DNA from: Nemertoderma westbladi
Taxonomy: Eukaryota; Animalia; Xenacoelomorpha
DNA length: 64,000 bases
Assembly: GCA_032718475.1 (NCBI GenBank)
Contig: JAUCBJ010007696.1
Location: forward strand, 106,384-170,383
Direction: 5' to 3'
Below are positions 1 to 14,111 of this stretch, in pieces; within the stretch, counting starts at the first letter, position 1; each line of letters starts with the position of its first letter. Below the pieces are notes generated by a model. The model searched no databases. It saw only the letters and a list, made by a program, of their open reading frames with translations, and had not been told where the DNA came from. Both the position numbers and the translations under genes were made by a program.

Positions 1-3000
1 TGATTGGTTTATTTATTCCAGTCACAGTTCCCTACACTCCCGCTCTAATAGAGCAAACTGAACATTAATCTGATTGGTTTATTTATTCCAGTCACCTACA
101 CTCCCGCTCTAATAGAGTAAACTGAACATTAATCTGATTGGTTTATTTATTCCAGTCACAGTCCCCTACACTCCCGCTCTAATAGAGTAAACTGAACATT
201 AATCTGATAGGTTTATTTATTCCAGTCCCCTACACTCCCGTTCTAATAGAGTAAACTGAACATTAATCTGATAGGTTTATTTATTCCAGTCCCCTACACT
301 CCCGTTCTAATAGAGTAAACTGAACATTAATCTGATAGGTTTATTTATTCCAGTCACAGTCCCCTACACTCCCGCTCTAATAGAGCAAACTGAACATTAA
401 TCTGATAGGTTTATTTATTCCAGTCCCCTACACTCCCGCTCTAATAGAGCAAACTGAACATTAATCTGATTGGTTTATTTATTCCAGTCCCCTACACTCC
501 CGTTCTAATAGAGTAAACTGAACATTAATCTGATTGGTTTATTTATTCCAGTCCCCTACACTCCCACTCTAATAGAGTAAACTGAACATTAATCTGATTG
601 GTTTATTTATTCCAGTTCCCTACACTCCCGTTCTAATAGAGTAAACTGAACATTAATCTGATAGGTTTATTTATTCCAGTCACAGTCCCCTACACTCCCG
701 TTCTAATAGAGTAAACTGAACATTAATATGATTGGTTTATTTATTCCAGTCACAGTCCCCTACACTCCCGTTCTAATAGAGTAAACTGAACATTAATATG
801 ATTGGTTTATTTATTCCAGTCACAGTCCCCTACACTCCCGCTCTAATAGAGTAAACTGAACATTAATCTGATTGGTTTATTTATTCCAGTCCCCTACACT
901 CCCGTTCTAATAGAGTAAACTGAACATTAATCTGATAGGTTTATTTATTCCAGTCACAGTCCCCTACACTCCCGTTCTAATAGAGTAAACTGAACATTAA
1001 TCTGATTGGTTTATTTATTCCAGTCCCCTACACTCCCGTTCTAATAGAGTAAACTGAACATTAATCTGATTGGTTTATTTATTCCAGTCCCCTACACTCC
1101 CGTTGTAATAGAGTAAACTGAACATTAATCTGATTGGTTTATTTATTCCAGTCACAGTCCCCTACACTCCCGCTCTAATAGAGTAAACTGAACATTAATC
1201 TGATTGGTTTATTTATTCCAGTCCCCTACACTCCCGTTCTAATAGAGTAAACTGAACATTAATCTGATAGGTTTATTTATTCCAGTCACAGTCCCCTACA
1301 CTCCCGTTCTAATAGAGTAAACTGAACATTAATCTGATTGGTTTATTTATTCCAGTCACAGTCCCCTACACTCCCGTTCTAATAGAGTAAACTGAACATT
1401 AATATGATTGGTTTATTTATTCCAGTCACAGTCCCCTACACTCCCGCTCTAATAGAGTAAACTGAACATTAATCTGATTGGTTTATTTATTCCAGTCCCC
1501 TACACTCCCGTTCTAATAGAGTAAACTGAACATTAATCTGATAGGTTTATTTATTCCAGTCACAGTCCCCTACACTCCCGTTCTAATAGAGTAAACTGAA
1601 CATTAATCTGATTGGTTTATTTATTCCAGTCCCCTACACTCCCGTTCTAATAGAGTAAACTGAACATTAATCTGATTGGTTTATTTATTCCAGTCACAGT
1701 CCCCTACACTCCCGTTCTAATAGAGTAAACTGAACATTAATCTGATTGGTTTATTTATTCCAGTCACAGTCCCCTACACTCCCGTTCTAATAGAGTAAAC
1801 TGAACATTAATCTGATTGGTTTATTTATTCCAGTCCCCTACACTCCCGTTGTAATAGAGTAAACTGAACATTAATCTGATTGGTTTATTTATTCCAGTCA
1901 CAGTCCCCTACACTCCCGCTCTAATAGAGTAAACTGAACATTAATCTGATTGGTTTATTTATTCCAGTCACAGTCCCCTACACTCCCGCTCTAATAGAGT
2001 AAACTGAACATTAATCTGATTGGTTTATTTATTCCAGTCCCCTACACTCCCGTTCTAATAGAGTAAACTGAACATTAATCTGATTGGTTTATTTATTCCA
2101 GTCACAGTCCCCTACACTCCCGTTCTAATAGAGTAAACTGAACATTAATCTGATAGGTTTATTTATTCCAGTCCCCTACACTCCCGCTCTAATAGAGTAA
2201 ACTGAACATTAATATGATAGGTTTATTTATTCCAGTCACAGTCCCCTACACTCCCGTTCTAATAGAGTAAACTGAACATTAATCTGATAGGTTTATTTAT
2301 TCCAGTCCCCTACACTCCCGTTCTAATAGCGTAAACTGAACATTAATCTGATTGGTTTATTTATTCCAGTCACAGTCCCCTACACTCCCGTTCTAATAGA
2401 GTAAACTGAACATTAATCTGATTGGTTTATTTATTCCAGTCCCCTACACTCCCGCTCTAATAGAGTAAACTGAACATTAATCTGATTGGTTTATTTATTC
2501 CAGTCACAGTCCCCTACACTCCCGCTCTAATAGAGTAAACTGAACATTAATCTGATTGGTTTATTTATTCCAGTCCCCTACACTCCTGTTCTAATAGAGT
2601 AAACTGAACATTAATCTGATTGGTTTATTTATTCCAGTCCCCTACACTCCCGTTCTAATAGAGTAAACTGAACATTAATCTGATTGGTTTATTTATTCCA
2701 GTCCCCTACACTCCCGTTCTAATAGCGTAAACTGAACATTAATCTGATAGGTTTATTTATTCCAGTCCCCTACACTCCCGCTCTAATAGAGTAAACTGAA
2801 CATTAATCTGATTGGTTTATTTATTCCAGTCACAGTTCCCTACACTCCCGGTCTAATAGAGTAAACTGAACATTAATCTGATTGGTTTATTTATTCCAGT
2901 CACAGTCCCCTACACTCCCGTTCTAATAGAGTAAACTGAACATTAATCTGATAGGTTTATTTATTCTAGTCCCCTACACTCCCGTTCTAATAGAGTAAAC

Positions 3001-6000
3001 TGAACATTAATCTGATTGGTTTATTTATTCCAGTCACAGTCCCATACACTCCCGTTCTAATAGAGTAAACTGAACATTAATCTGATTGGTTTATTTATTC
3101 CAGTCACAGTCCCCTACACTCCCGTTCTAATAGAGTAAACTGAACATTAATCTGATAGGTTTATTTATTCTAGTCCCCTACACTCCCGTTCTAATAGAGT
3201 AAACTGAACATTAATCTGATTGGTTTATTTATTCCAGTCACAGTCCCCTGCACTCCCGTTCTAATAGAGTAAACTGAACATTAATCTGATTGGTTTATTT
3301 ATTCCAGTCACAGTCCCCTACACTCCCGTTCTAATAGAGTAAACTGAACATTAATCTGATAGGTTTATTTATTCTAGTCCCCTACACTCCCGTTCTAATA
3401 GAGTAAACTGAACATTAATCTGATTGGTTTATTTATTCCAGTCACAGTCCCCTGCACTCCCGTTCTAATATAATAAACTGAACATTAATCGGATTGGTTT
3501 ATTTATTCCAGTCCCCTACACTCCCGTTGTAATAGAGTAAACTGAACATTAATCTGATAGGTTTATTTATTCCAGTCACAGTCCCCTACACTCCCGTTCT
3601 AACAGAATAAACTGAACATTAATCTGATAGGTTTATTTATTCCAGTCCCCTACACTCCCGTTCTAATAGCGTAAACTGAACATTAATCTGATTGGTTTAT
3701 TTATTCCAGTCCCCTACACTCCCGTTCTAATAGAGTAAACTGAACATTATTCTGATTGGTTTATTTATTCCAGTCCCCTACACTCCCGTTCTAATAGAGT
3801 AAACTGAACATTAATCTGATTGGTTTATTTATTCCAGTCACCTACACTCCCGTTCTAATAGAGTAAACTGAACATTAATCTGATTAGTTTATTTATTCCA
3901 GTCACAGTTCCCTACACTCCCGTTCTAATAGAGTAAACTGAACATTAATCTGATTGGTTTATTTATTCCAGTCACAGTCCCCTACACTCCCGTTCTAATA
4001 GAGTAAACTGAACATTAATCTGATTGGTTTATTTATTCCAGTCCCCTACACTCCCGTTCTAATAGAGAAAACTGAACATTAATCTGATTGGTTTATTTAT
4101 TCCAGTCCCCTACACTCCCGCTCTAATAGAGTAAACTGAACATTAATCTGATTGGTTTATTTATTCCAGTATCCAGTCCCCTTCACTCCCGCTCCAATAG
4201 AGCAAACTGAACATTAATCTGATTGGTTTATTTATTCCAGTCACAGTCCCCTACACTCCCGTTCTAATAGAGCAAACTGAACATTAATCTGATTGGTTTA
4301 TTTATTCCAGTCCCCTACACCCCCGCTCCAATAGAGTAAACTGAACATTAATCTGATTGGTTTATTTATTCCAGTCCCCTACACTCCCGTTCTAATAAGG
4401 TAAACTGAACATTAATCTGATTGGTTTATTTATTCCAGTCCCCTACACTCCCGTTCTAATAGAGTAACCTGAACATTAATCTGAATGGTTTATTTGTTCC
4501 AGTCCCCTACACCCCCGCTCCAATAGAGTAAACTGAACATTAATCTGATTGGTTTATTTATTCCAGTCCCCTACACTCCCGTTCTAATAGAGTAAACTGA
4601 ACATTAATCTGATTGGTTTATTTATTCCAGTCACAGTCCCCTACACTCCCGTTCTAATAGAGTAAACTGAACATTAATCTGATTGGTTTATTTATTCCAG
4701 TCACCTACACTCCCGTTGTAATAGAGTAAACTGAACATTAATCTGATTAGTTTATTTATTCCAGTCACAGTTCCCTACACTCCCGCTCCAATAGAGCAAA
4801 CTGAACATTAATCTGATTGGTTTATTTATTCCAGTCACCTACACTCCCGTTGTAATAGAGCAAACTGAACATTAATCTGATTGGTTTATTTATTCCAGTC
4901 ACAGTCCCCTACACTCCCGTTCTAATAGAGCAAACTGAACATTAATCTGATTGGTTTATTTATTCCAGTCCCCTACACTCCCGTTCTAATAGAGTAAACT
5001 GAACATTAATCTGATTGGTTTATTTATTCCAGTCCCCTACACTCCCGTTCTAATAGAGTAAACTGAACATTAATCTGATTGGTTTATTTATTCCAGTCAC
5101 AGTCCCCTGCACTCCCGTTCTAATAGAGTAAACTGAACATTAATCGGATGGGTTTATTTTTTCCAGTCACAGTTCCCTACACTCCCGTTCTAATAGAGTA
5201 AACTGAACATTAATCTGATTGGTTTATTTATTCCAGTCCCCTACACTCCCGTTCTAATAGAGTAAACTGAACATTAATCTGATAGGTTTATTTATTCCAG
5301 TCACAGTCCCCTACAGGGCCTACACTCCCGTTCTAATAGAGTAAACTGAACATTAATCTGATAGGTTTATTTATTCCAGTCCCCTACACTCCCGCTCTAA
5401 TAGAGTAAACTGAACATTAATATGCTAGGTTTATTTATTCCAGTCCCCTACACTCCCGTTCTAATAGAGTAAACTGAACATTAATCTGATTGGTTTATTT
5501 ATTCCAGTCACAGTCCCCTACACTCCCGTTCTAATAGAGTAAACTGAACATTAATCTGATTGGTTTATTTATTCCAGTCACAGTCCCCTACACTCCCGCT
5601 CTAATAGAGTAAACTGAACATTAATCTGATTGGTTTATTTATTCCAGTCCCCTACACTCCCGTTCTAATAGAGTAAACTGAACATTAATCTGATTGGTTT
5701 ATTTATTCCAGTCCCCTACACTCCCGCTCTAATAGAGTAAACTGAACATTAATCTGATTGGTTTATTTATTCCAGTCCCCTACACTCCCGTTCTAATAGA
5801 GTAAACTGAACATTAATCTGATAGGTTTATTTATTCCAGTCCCCTACACTCCCGTTCTAATAGAGTAAACTGAACATTAATCTGATAGGTTTATTTATTC
5901 CAGTTCCAGTCCCCTACACTCCCGTTCTAATAGAGTAAACTGAACATTAATCTGATAGGTTTATTTATTCCAGTCACAGTCCCCTACACTCCCGTTCTAA

Positions 6001-9000
6001 TAGAGTAAACTGAACATTAATCTGATAGGTTTATTTATTCCAGTCCCCTACACTCCCGCTCTAATAGAGTAAACTGAACATTAATCTGATTGGTTTATTT
6101 ATTCCAGTCACAGTCCCCTACACTCCCGTTCTAATAGAGTAAACTGAACATTAATCTGATTGGTTTATTTATTCCAGTCACAGTCCCCTACACTCCCGCT
6201 CTAATAGAGCAAACTGAACATTAATCTGATAGGTTTATTTATTCCAGTCCCCTACACTCCCGCTCTAATAGAGTAAACTGAACATTAATCTGATTGGTTT
6301 ATTTATTCCAGTCCCCTACACTCCCGTTCTAATAGCGTAAACTGAACATTAATCTGATAGGTTTATTTATTCCAGTCCCCTACACTCCTGTTCTAATAGA
6401 GTAAACTGAACATTAATCTGATTGGTTTATTTATTCCAGTCCCCTACACTCCCGTTCTAATAGCGTAAACTGAACATTAATCTGATAGGTTTATTTATTC
6501 CAGTCCCCTACACTCCCGCTCTAATAGAGTAAACTGAACATTAATCTGATAGGTTTATTTATTCCAGTCACAGTCCCCTACACTCCCGTTCTAATAGAGT
6601 AAACTGAACATTAATCTGATTGGTTTATTTATTCCAGTCCCATACACTCCCGTTCTAATAGCGTAAACTGAACATTAATCTGATTGGTTTATTTATTCCA
6701 GTCACAGTCCCCTACACTCCCGTTCTAATAGAGTAAACTGAACATTAATCTGATAGGTTTATTTATTCTAGTCCCCTACACTCCCGTTCTAATAGAGTAA
6801 ACTGAACATTAATCTGATTGGTTTATTTATTCCAGTCCCCTACACTCCCGTTCTAATAGAGTAAACTGAACATTAATCTGATTGGTTTATTTATTCCAGT
6901 CCCCTACACTCCCGTTGTAATAGAGTAAACTGAACATTAATCTGATAGGTTTATTTATTCCAGTCCCCTACACTCCCGTTCTAATAGCGTAAACTGAACA
7001 TTAATCTGATTAGTTTATTTATTCCAGTCACAGTTCCCTACACTCCCGTTCTAATAGAGTAAACTGAACATTAATCTGATTGGTTTATTTATTCCAGTCA
7101 CAGTCCCCTACACTCCCGTTCTAATAGAGTAAACTGAACATTAATCTGATTGGTTTATTTATTCCAGTCCCCTACACTCCCGTTCTAATAGAGTAAACTG
7201 AACATTAATCTGATTGGTTTATTTATTCCAGTCCCCTTCACTCCCGCTCCAATAGAGCAAACTGAACATTAATCTGATTGGTTTATTTATTCCAGTCACA
7301 GTCCCCTACACTCCCGTTCTAATAGAGCAAACTGAACATTAATCTGATTGGTTTATTTATTCCAGTCCCCTACACCCCCGCTCCAATAGAGTAAACTGAA
7401 CATTAATCTGATTGGTTTATTTATTCCAGTCCCCTACACTCCCGTTCTAATAGAGTAACCTGAACATTAATCTGAATGGTTTATTTGTTCCAGTCCCCTA
7501 CACCCCCGCTCCAATAGAGTAAACTGAACATTAATCTGATTGGTTTATTTATTCCAGTCCCCTACACTCCCGTTCTAATAAGGTAAACTGAACATTAATC
7601 TGATTGGTTTATTTATTCCAGTCCCCTACACTCCCGTTCTAATAGAGTAAACTGAACATTAATCTGATTGGTTTATTTATTCCAGTCACAGTCCCCTACA
7701 CTCCCGTTCTAATAGAGTAAACTGAACATTAATCTGATTGGTTTATTTATTCCAGTCCCCTACACTCCCGCTCTAATAGAGTAAACTGAACATTAATCTG
7801 ATTAGTTTATTTATTCCAGTCACAGTTCCCTACACTCCCGCTCCAATAGAGCAAACTGAACATTAATCTGATTGGTTTATTTATTCCAGTCACCTACACT
7901 CCCGTTGTAATAGAGTAAACTGAACATTAATCTGATTAGTTTATTTATTCCAGTCACAGTTCCCTACACTCCCGCTCCAATAGAGCAAACTGAACATTAA
8001 TCTGATTGGTTTATTTATTCCAGTCACCTACACTCCCGTTGTAATAGAGTAAACTGAACATTAATCTGATTGGTTTATTTATTCCAGTCACAGTTCCTTA
8101 CACTCCGCTCCAATAGAGCAAACTGAACATTAATCTGATTGGTTTATTTATTCCAGTCACAGTCCCCTACACTCCCGTTCTAATAGAGCAAACTGAACAT
8201 TAATCTGATTGGTTTATTTATTCCAGTCCCCTACACTCCCGTTCTAATAGAGTAAACTGAACATTAATCTGATTGGTTTATTTATTCCAGTCCCCTACAC
8301 TCCCGTTCTAATAGAGTAAACTGAACATTAATCTGATTGGTTTATTTATTCCAGTCACAGTCCCCTGCACTCCCGTTCTAATAGAGTAAACTGAACATTA
8401 ATCGGATGGGTTTATTTTTTCCAGTCACAGTTCCCTACACTCCCGTTCTAATAGAGTAAACTGAACATTAATCTGATTGGTTTATTTATTCCAGTCCCCT
8501 ACACTCCCGTTCTAATAGAGTAAACTGAACATTAATCTGATAGGTTTATTTATTCCAGTCACAGTCCCCTACACTCCCGTTCTAATAGAGTAAACTGAAC
8601 ATTAATCTGATAGGTTTATTTATTCCAGTCCCCTACACTCCCGCTCTAATAGAGTAAACTGAACATTAATCTGATTGGTTTATTTATTCCAGTCACAGTC
8701 CCCTACACTCCCGTTCTAATAGAGTAAACTGAACATTAATCTGATTGGTTTATTTATTCCAGTCACAGTCCCCTACACTCCCGCTCTAATAGAGTAAACT
8801 GAACATTAATCTGATTGGTTTATTTATTCCAGTCCCCTACACTCCCGTTCTAATAGAGTAAACTGAACATTAATCTGATTGGTTTATTTATTCCAGTCAC
8901 AGTCCCCTACACTCCCGTTCTAATAGAGTAAACTGAACATTAATCTGATAGGTTTATTTATTCCAGTCACAGTCCCCTACACTCCCGCTCTAATAGAGCA

Positions 9001-12000
9001 AACTGAACATTAATCTGATAGGTTTATTTATTCCAGTCACCTACACTCCCGTTCTAATAGAGTAAACTGAACATTAATCTGATAGGTTTATTTATTCCAG
9101 TCCCCTACACTCCCGTTCTAATAGAGTAAACTGAACATTAATCTGATTGGTTTATTTATTCCAGTCCCCTACACTCCCGTTCTAATAGAGTAAACTGAAC
9201 ATTAATCTGATAGGTTTATTTATTCCAGTCACCTACACTCCCGTTCTAATAGAGTAAACTGAACATTAATCTGATAGGTTTATTTATTCCAGTCCCCTAC
9301 ACTCCCGTTCTAATAGAGTAAACTGAACATTAATCTGATTGGTTTATTTATTCCAGTCACAGTCCCCTACACTCCCGCTCTAATAGAGCAAACTGAACAT
9401 TAATCTGATAGGTTTATTTATTCCAGTCACCTACACTCCCGTTCTAATAGAGTAAACTGAACATTAATCTGATAGGTTTATTTATTCCAGTCCCCTACAC
9501 TCCCGTTCTAATAGAGTAAACTGAACATTAATCTGATTGGTTTATTTATTCCAGTCACAGTCCCCTACACTCCCGTTCTAATAGAGTAAACTGAACATTA
9601 ATCTGATAGGTTTATTTATTCCAGTCACAGTCCCCTACACTCCCGCTCTAATAGAGCAAACTGAACATTAATCTGATAGGTTTATTTATTCCAGTCACAG
9701 TCCCCTACACTCCCGCTCTAATAGAGTAAACTGAACATTAATCTGATTGGTTTATTTATTCCAGTCCCCTACACTCCCGCTCTAATAGAGCAAACTGAAC
9801 ATTAATCTGATAGGTTTATTTATTCCAGTCACCTACACTCCCGTTCTAATAGAGTAAACTGAACATTAATCTGATAGGTTTATTTATTCCAGTCCCCTAC
9901 ACTCCCGTTCTAATAGAGTAAACTGAACATTAATCTGATAGGTTTATTTATTCCAGTCACAGTCCCCTACACTCCCGCTCTAATAGAGCAAACTGAACAT
10001 TAATCTGATAGGTTTATTTATTCCAGTCACCTACACTCCCGTTCTAATAGAGTAAACTGAACATTAATCTGATAGGTTTATTTATTCCAGTCCCCTACAC
10101 TCCCGTTCTAATAGAGTAAACTGAACATTAATCTGATAGGTTTATTTATTCCAGTCACAGTCCCCTACACTCCCGTTCTAATAGAGTAAACTGAACATTA
10201 ATCTGATTGGTTTATTTATTCCAGTCCCCTACACTCCCGTTCTAATAGAGTAAACTGAACATTAATCTGATAGGTTTATTTATTCCAGTCCCCTACACTC
10301 CCGCTCTAATAGAGTAAACTGAACATTAATATGATAGGTTTATTTATTCCAGTCACAGTCCCCTACACTCCCGTTCTAATAGAGTAAACTGAACATTAAT
10401 CTGATTGGTTTATTTATTCCAGTCCCCTACACTCCCGTTCTAATAGAGTAAACTGAACATTAATCTGATAGGTTTATTTATTCCAGTCACAGTCCCCTAC
10501 ACTCCCGTTCTAATAGAGTAAACTGAACATTAATCTGATTGGTTCATTTATTCCAGTCCCATACACTCCCGCTCTAATAGAGTAAACTGAACATTAATCT
10601 GATTGGTTTATTTATTCCAGTCCCCTACACTCCCGTTCTAATAGAGTAAACTGAACATTAATCTGATTGGTTTATTTATTCCAGTCACAGTCCCATACAC
10701 TCCCGTTCTAATAGAGTAAACTGAACATTAATCTGATTGGTTTATTTATTCCAGTCCCCTACACTCCCGTTCTAATAGAGTAAACTGAACATTAATCTGA
10801 TTGGTTTATTTATTCCAGTCCCCTACACTCCCGCTCTAATAGAGTAAACTGAACATTAATCTGATTGGTTTATTTATTCCAGTCCCCTACACTCCCGTTC
10901 TAATAGAGTAAACTGAACATTAATCTGATTGGTTTATTTATTCCAGTAACCTACACTCCCGTTCTAATAGAGTAAACTGAACATTAATCTGATTGGTTTA
11001 TTTATTCCAGTCCCCTACACTCACGTTCTAATAGAGTAAACTGAACATTAATCTGATTGGTTTATTTATTCCAGTCACAGTCCCCTGCACTCCCGTTCTA
11101 ATAGAGTAAACTGAACATTAATCGGATGGGTTTATTTTTTCCAGTCCCCTACACTCCCGTTCTAATAGAGTAAACTGAACATTAATCTGATTGGTTTATT
11201 TATTCCAGTCACAGTCCCCTGCACTCCCGTTCTAATAGAGTAAACTGAACATTAATCTGATTGGTTTATTTATTCCAGTCACAGTCCCCTGCACTCCCGT
11301 TCTAATAGAGTAAACTGAACATTAATCTGATTGGTTTATTTATTCCAGTCCCCTACACTCCCGCTCTAATAGAGTAAACTGAACATTAATCTGATTGGTT
11401 TATTTATTCCAGTCACAGTCCCCTGCACTCCCGTTCTAATAGAGTAAACTGAACATTAATCTGATTGGTTTATTTATTCCAGTCCCCTACACTCCCGCTC
11501 TAATAGAGTAAACTGAACATTAATCTGATTGGTTTATTTATTCCAGTCCCCTACACTCCCGCTCTAATAGAGTAAACTGAACATTAATCTGATTGGTTCA
11601 TTTATTCCAGTCACCTACACTCCCGTTCTAATAGAGTAAACTGAACATTAATCTAATTGGTTTATTTATTCCAGTCCCCTACACTCCCGTTCTAATAGAG
11701 TAAACTGAACATTAATCTGATTGGTTTATTTATTCCAGTCCCCTACACTCCCGCTCTAATAGAGTAAACTGAACATTAATCTGATAGGTTCATTTATTCC
11801 AGTCACAGTCCCCTAAACTCCCGTTCTAATAGAGTAAACTGAACATTAATCTGATTAGTTTATTTATTCCAGTCACAGTTCCCTACACTCCCGCTCCAAT
11901 AGAGCAAACTGAACATTAATCTGATTGGTTTATTTATTCCAGTCACCTACACTCCCGTTGTAATAGAGTAAACTGAACATTAATCTGATTGGTTTATTTA

Positions 12001-14062
12001 TTCCAGTCACAGTTCCCTACACTCCCGCTCCAATAGAGCAAACTGAACATTAATCTGATTGGTTTATTTATTCCAGTCACCTACACTCCCGTTGTAATAG
12101 AGTAAACTGAACATTAATCTGATTGGTTTATTTATTCCAGTCACAGTCCCCTACACTCCCGTTCTAATAGAGCAAACTGAACATTAATCTGATTGGTTTA
12201 TTTATTCCAGTCACCTACACTCCCGCTCTAATAGAGTAAACTGAACATTAATCTGATTGGTTTATTTATTCCAGTCACAGTCCCCTACACTTCCGTTCTA
12301 ATAGAGTAAACTGAACATTAATCTGATTGGTTTATTTATTCCAGTCCCCTACACTCCCGTTGTAATAGAGTAAACTGAACATTAATCTGATTGGTTTATT
12401 TATTCCAGTCCCCTACACTCCCGTTCTAATAGCGTAAACTGAACATTAATCTGATAGGTTTATTTATTCCAGTCCCCTACACTCCTGTTCTAATAGAGTA
12501 ACCTGAACATTAATCTGATTGGTTTATTTATTCCAGTCCCCTACACTCCCGCTCTAATAGAGTAAACTGAACATTAATCTGATTGGTTTATTTATTCCAG
12601 TCACAGTCCCCTACACTCCCGCTCTAATAGAGTAAACAGAACATTAATCTGATTGGTTTATTTATTCCAGTCCCCTACACTCCCGCTCTAATAGAGTAAA
12701 CTGAACATTAATCTGATTGGTTTATTTATTCCAGTCACAGTCCCCTACACTCCCGTTCTAATAGAGTAAACTGAACATTAATCTGATTGGTTTATTTATT
12801 CCAGTCCCCTACACTCCCGCTCTAATAGAGTAAACTGAACATTAATCTGATTGGTTTATTTATTCCAGTCCCCTACACTCCCGTTCTAATAGAGTAAACT
12901 GAACATTAATCTGATTGGTTTATTTATTCCAGTCACCTACACTCCCGCTCTAATAGAGTAAACTGAACATTAATCTGATTGGTTTATTTATTCCAGTCAC
13001 AGTCCCCTACACTCCCGCTCTAATAGAGCAAACTGAACATTAATCTGATAGGTTTATTTATTCCAGTCACCTACACTCCCACTCTAATAGAGTAAACTGA
13101 ACATTAATCTGATAGGTTTATTTATTCCAGTCACCTACACTCCCGCTCTAATAGAGCAAACTGAACATTAATCTGATAGGTTTATTTATTCCAGTCACCT
13201 ACACTCCCGCTCTAATAGAGTAAACTGAACATTAATCTCATTGGTTTATTTATTCCAGTCCCCTACACTCCCGTTCTAATAGAGTAAACTGAACATTAAT
13301 CTGATTGGTTTATTTATTCCAGTCCCCTACACTCCCGCTCTAATAGAGTAAACCGAACATTAATCTGATAGGTTTATTTATTCCAGTCACCTACACTCCC
13401 GCTCTAATAGAGTAAACTGAACATTAATCTCATTGGTTTATTTATTCCAGTCCCCTACACTCCCGTTCTAATAGAGTAAACTGAACATTAATCTGATTGG
13501 TTTATTTATTCCAGTCACCTACACTCCCGCTCTAATAGAGTAAACTGAACATTAATCTCATTGGTTTATTTATTCCAGTCCCCTACACTCCCGTTCTAAT
13601 AGAGTAAACTGAACATTAATCTGATTGGTTTATTTATTCCAGTCCCCTACACTCCCGCTCTAATAGAGTAAACTGAACATTAATCTCATTGGTTTATTTA
13701 TTCCAGTCCCCTACACTCCCGTTCTAATAGAGTAAACTGAACATTAATCTGATTGGTTTATTTATTCCAGTCCCCTACACTCCCGCTCTAATAGAGTAAA
13801 CTGAACATTAATCTGATAGGTTTATTTATTCCAGTCACAGTCCCCTACACTCCCGCTCTAATAGAGCAAACTGAACATTAATCTGATTGGTTTATTTATT
13901 CCAGTCACAGTCCCCTACACTCCCGTTCTAATAGAGTAAACTGAACATTAATCTGATTGGTTTATTTATTCCAGTCACCTACACTCCCGTTCTAATAGAG
14001 TAAACTGAACATTAATCTGATTGGTTTATTTATTCCAGTCGCAGTCCCCTACACTCCCGTTC
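1..14062 (+). repeat. Satellite/minisatellite array, 64-bp and 70-bp units (differing by a CACAGT indel), ~210 copies, open at window start
   Basis: Unit TGATTGGTTTATTTATTCCAGT(CACAGT)CCCCTACACTCCCGTTCTAATAGAGTAAACTGAACATTAATC repeats head-to-tail with few substitutions. It ends at ...CCCGTTC (14062), where unique sequence begins. Copy number estimated from length / ~67 bp. Confidence 0.98.
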
Positions 14063-14111
14063 GCGATCTATAAGTCCTCGCGGTCGATACAACCGGAACG
14101 GCTATGATTAA
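14039..14111 (+). CDS. Probable terminal coding exon of an RS-domain (SR/Tra2-like) protein; rest of gene upstream of the window
   Basis: Acceptor TTTATTTATTCCAG (AG 14037-14038) is followed by t-CGC-AGT-CCC-CTA-CAC-TCC-CGT-TCG-CGA-TCT-ATA-AGT-CCT-CGC-GGT-CGA-TAC-AAC-CGG-AAC-GGC-TAT-GAT-TAA = RSPLHSRSRSISPRGRYNRNGYD*. This is a short CpG-rich patch followed by AT-rich UTR-like sequence with ATTAAA near 14244. Short, so family assignment is inference. Confidence 0.55.

Noticed and set aside
1-14062. CRISPR array or coding micro-exon array
   Set aside because: No unique spacers and the context is eukaryotic. The putative 25/31-nt exons are not multiples of three, and concatenation reaches TTC-TAA stops.
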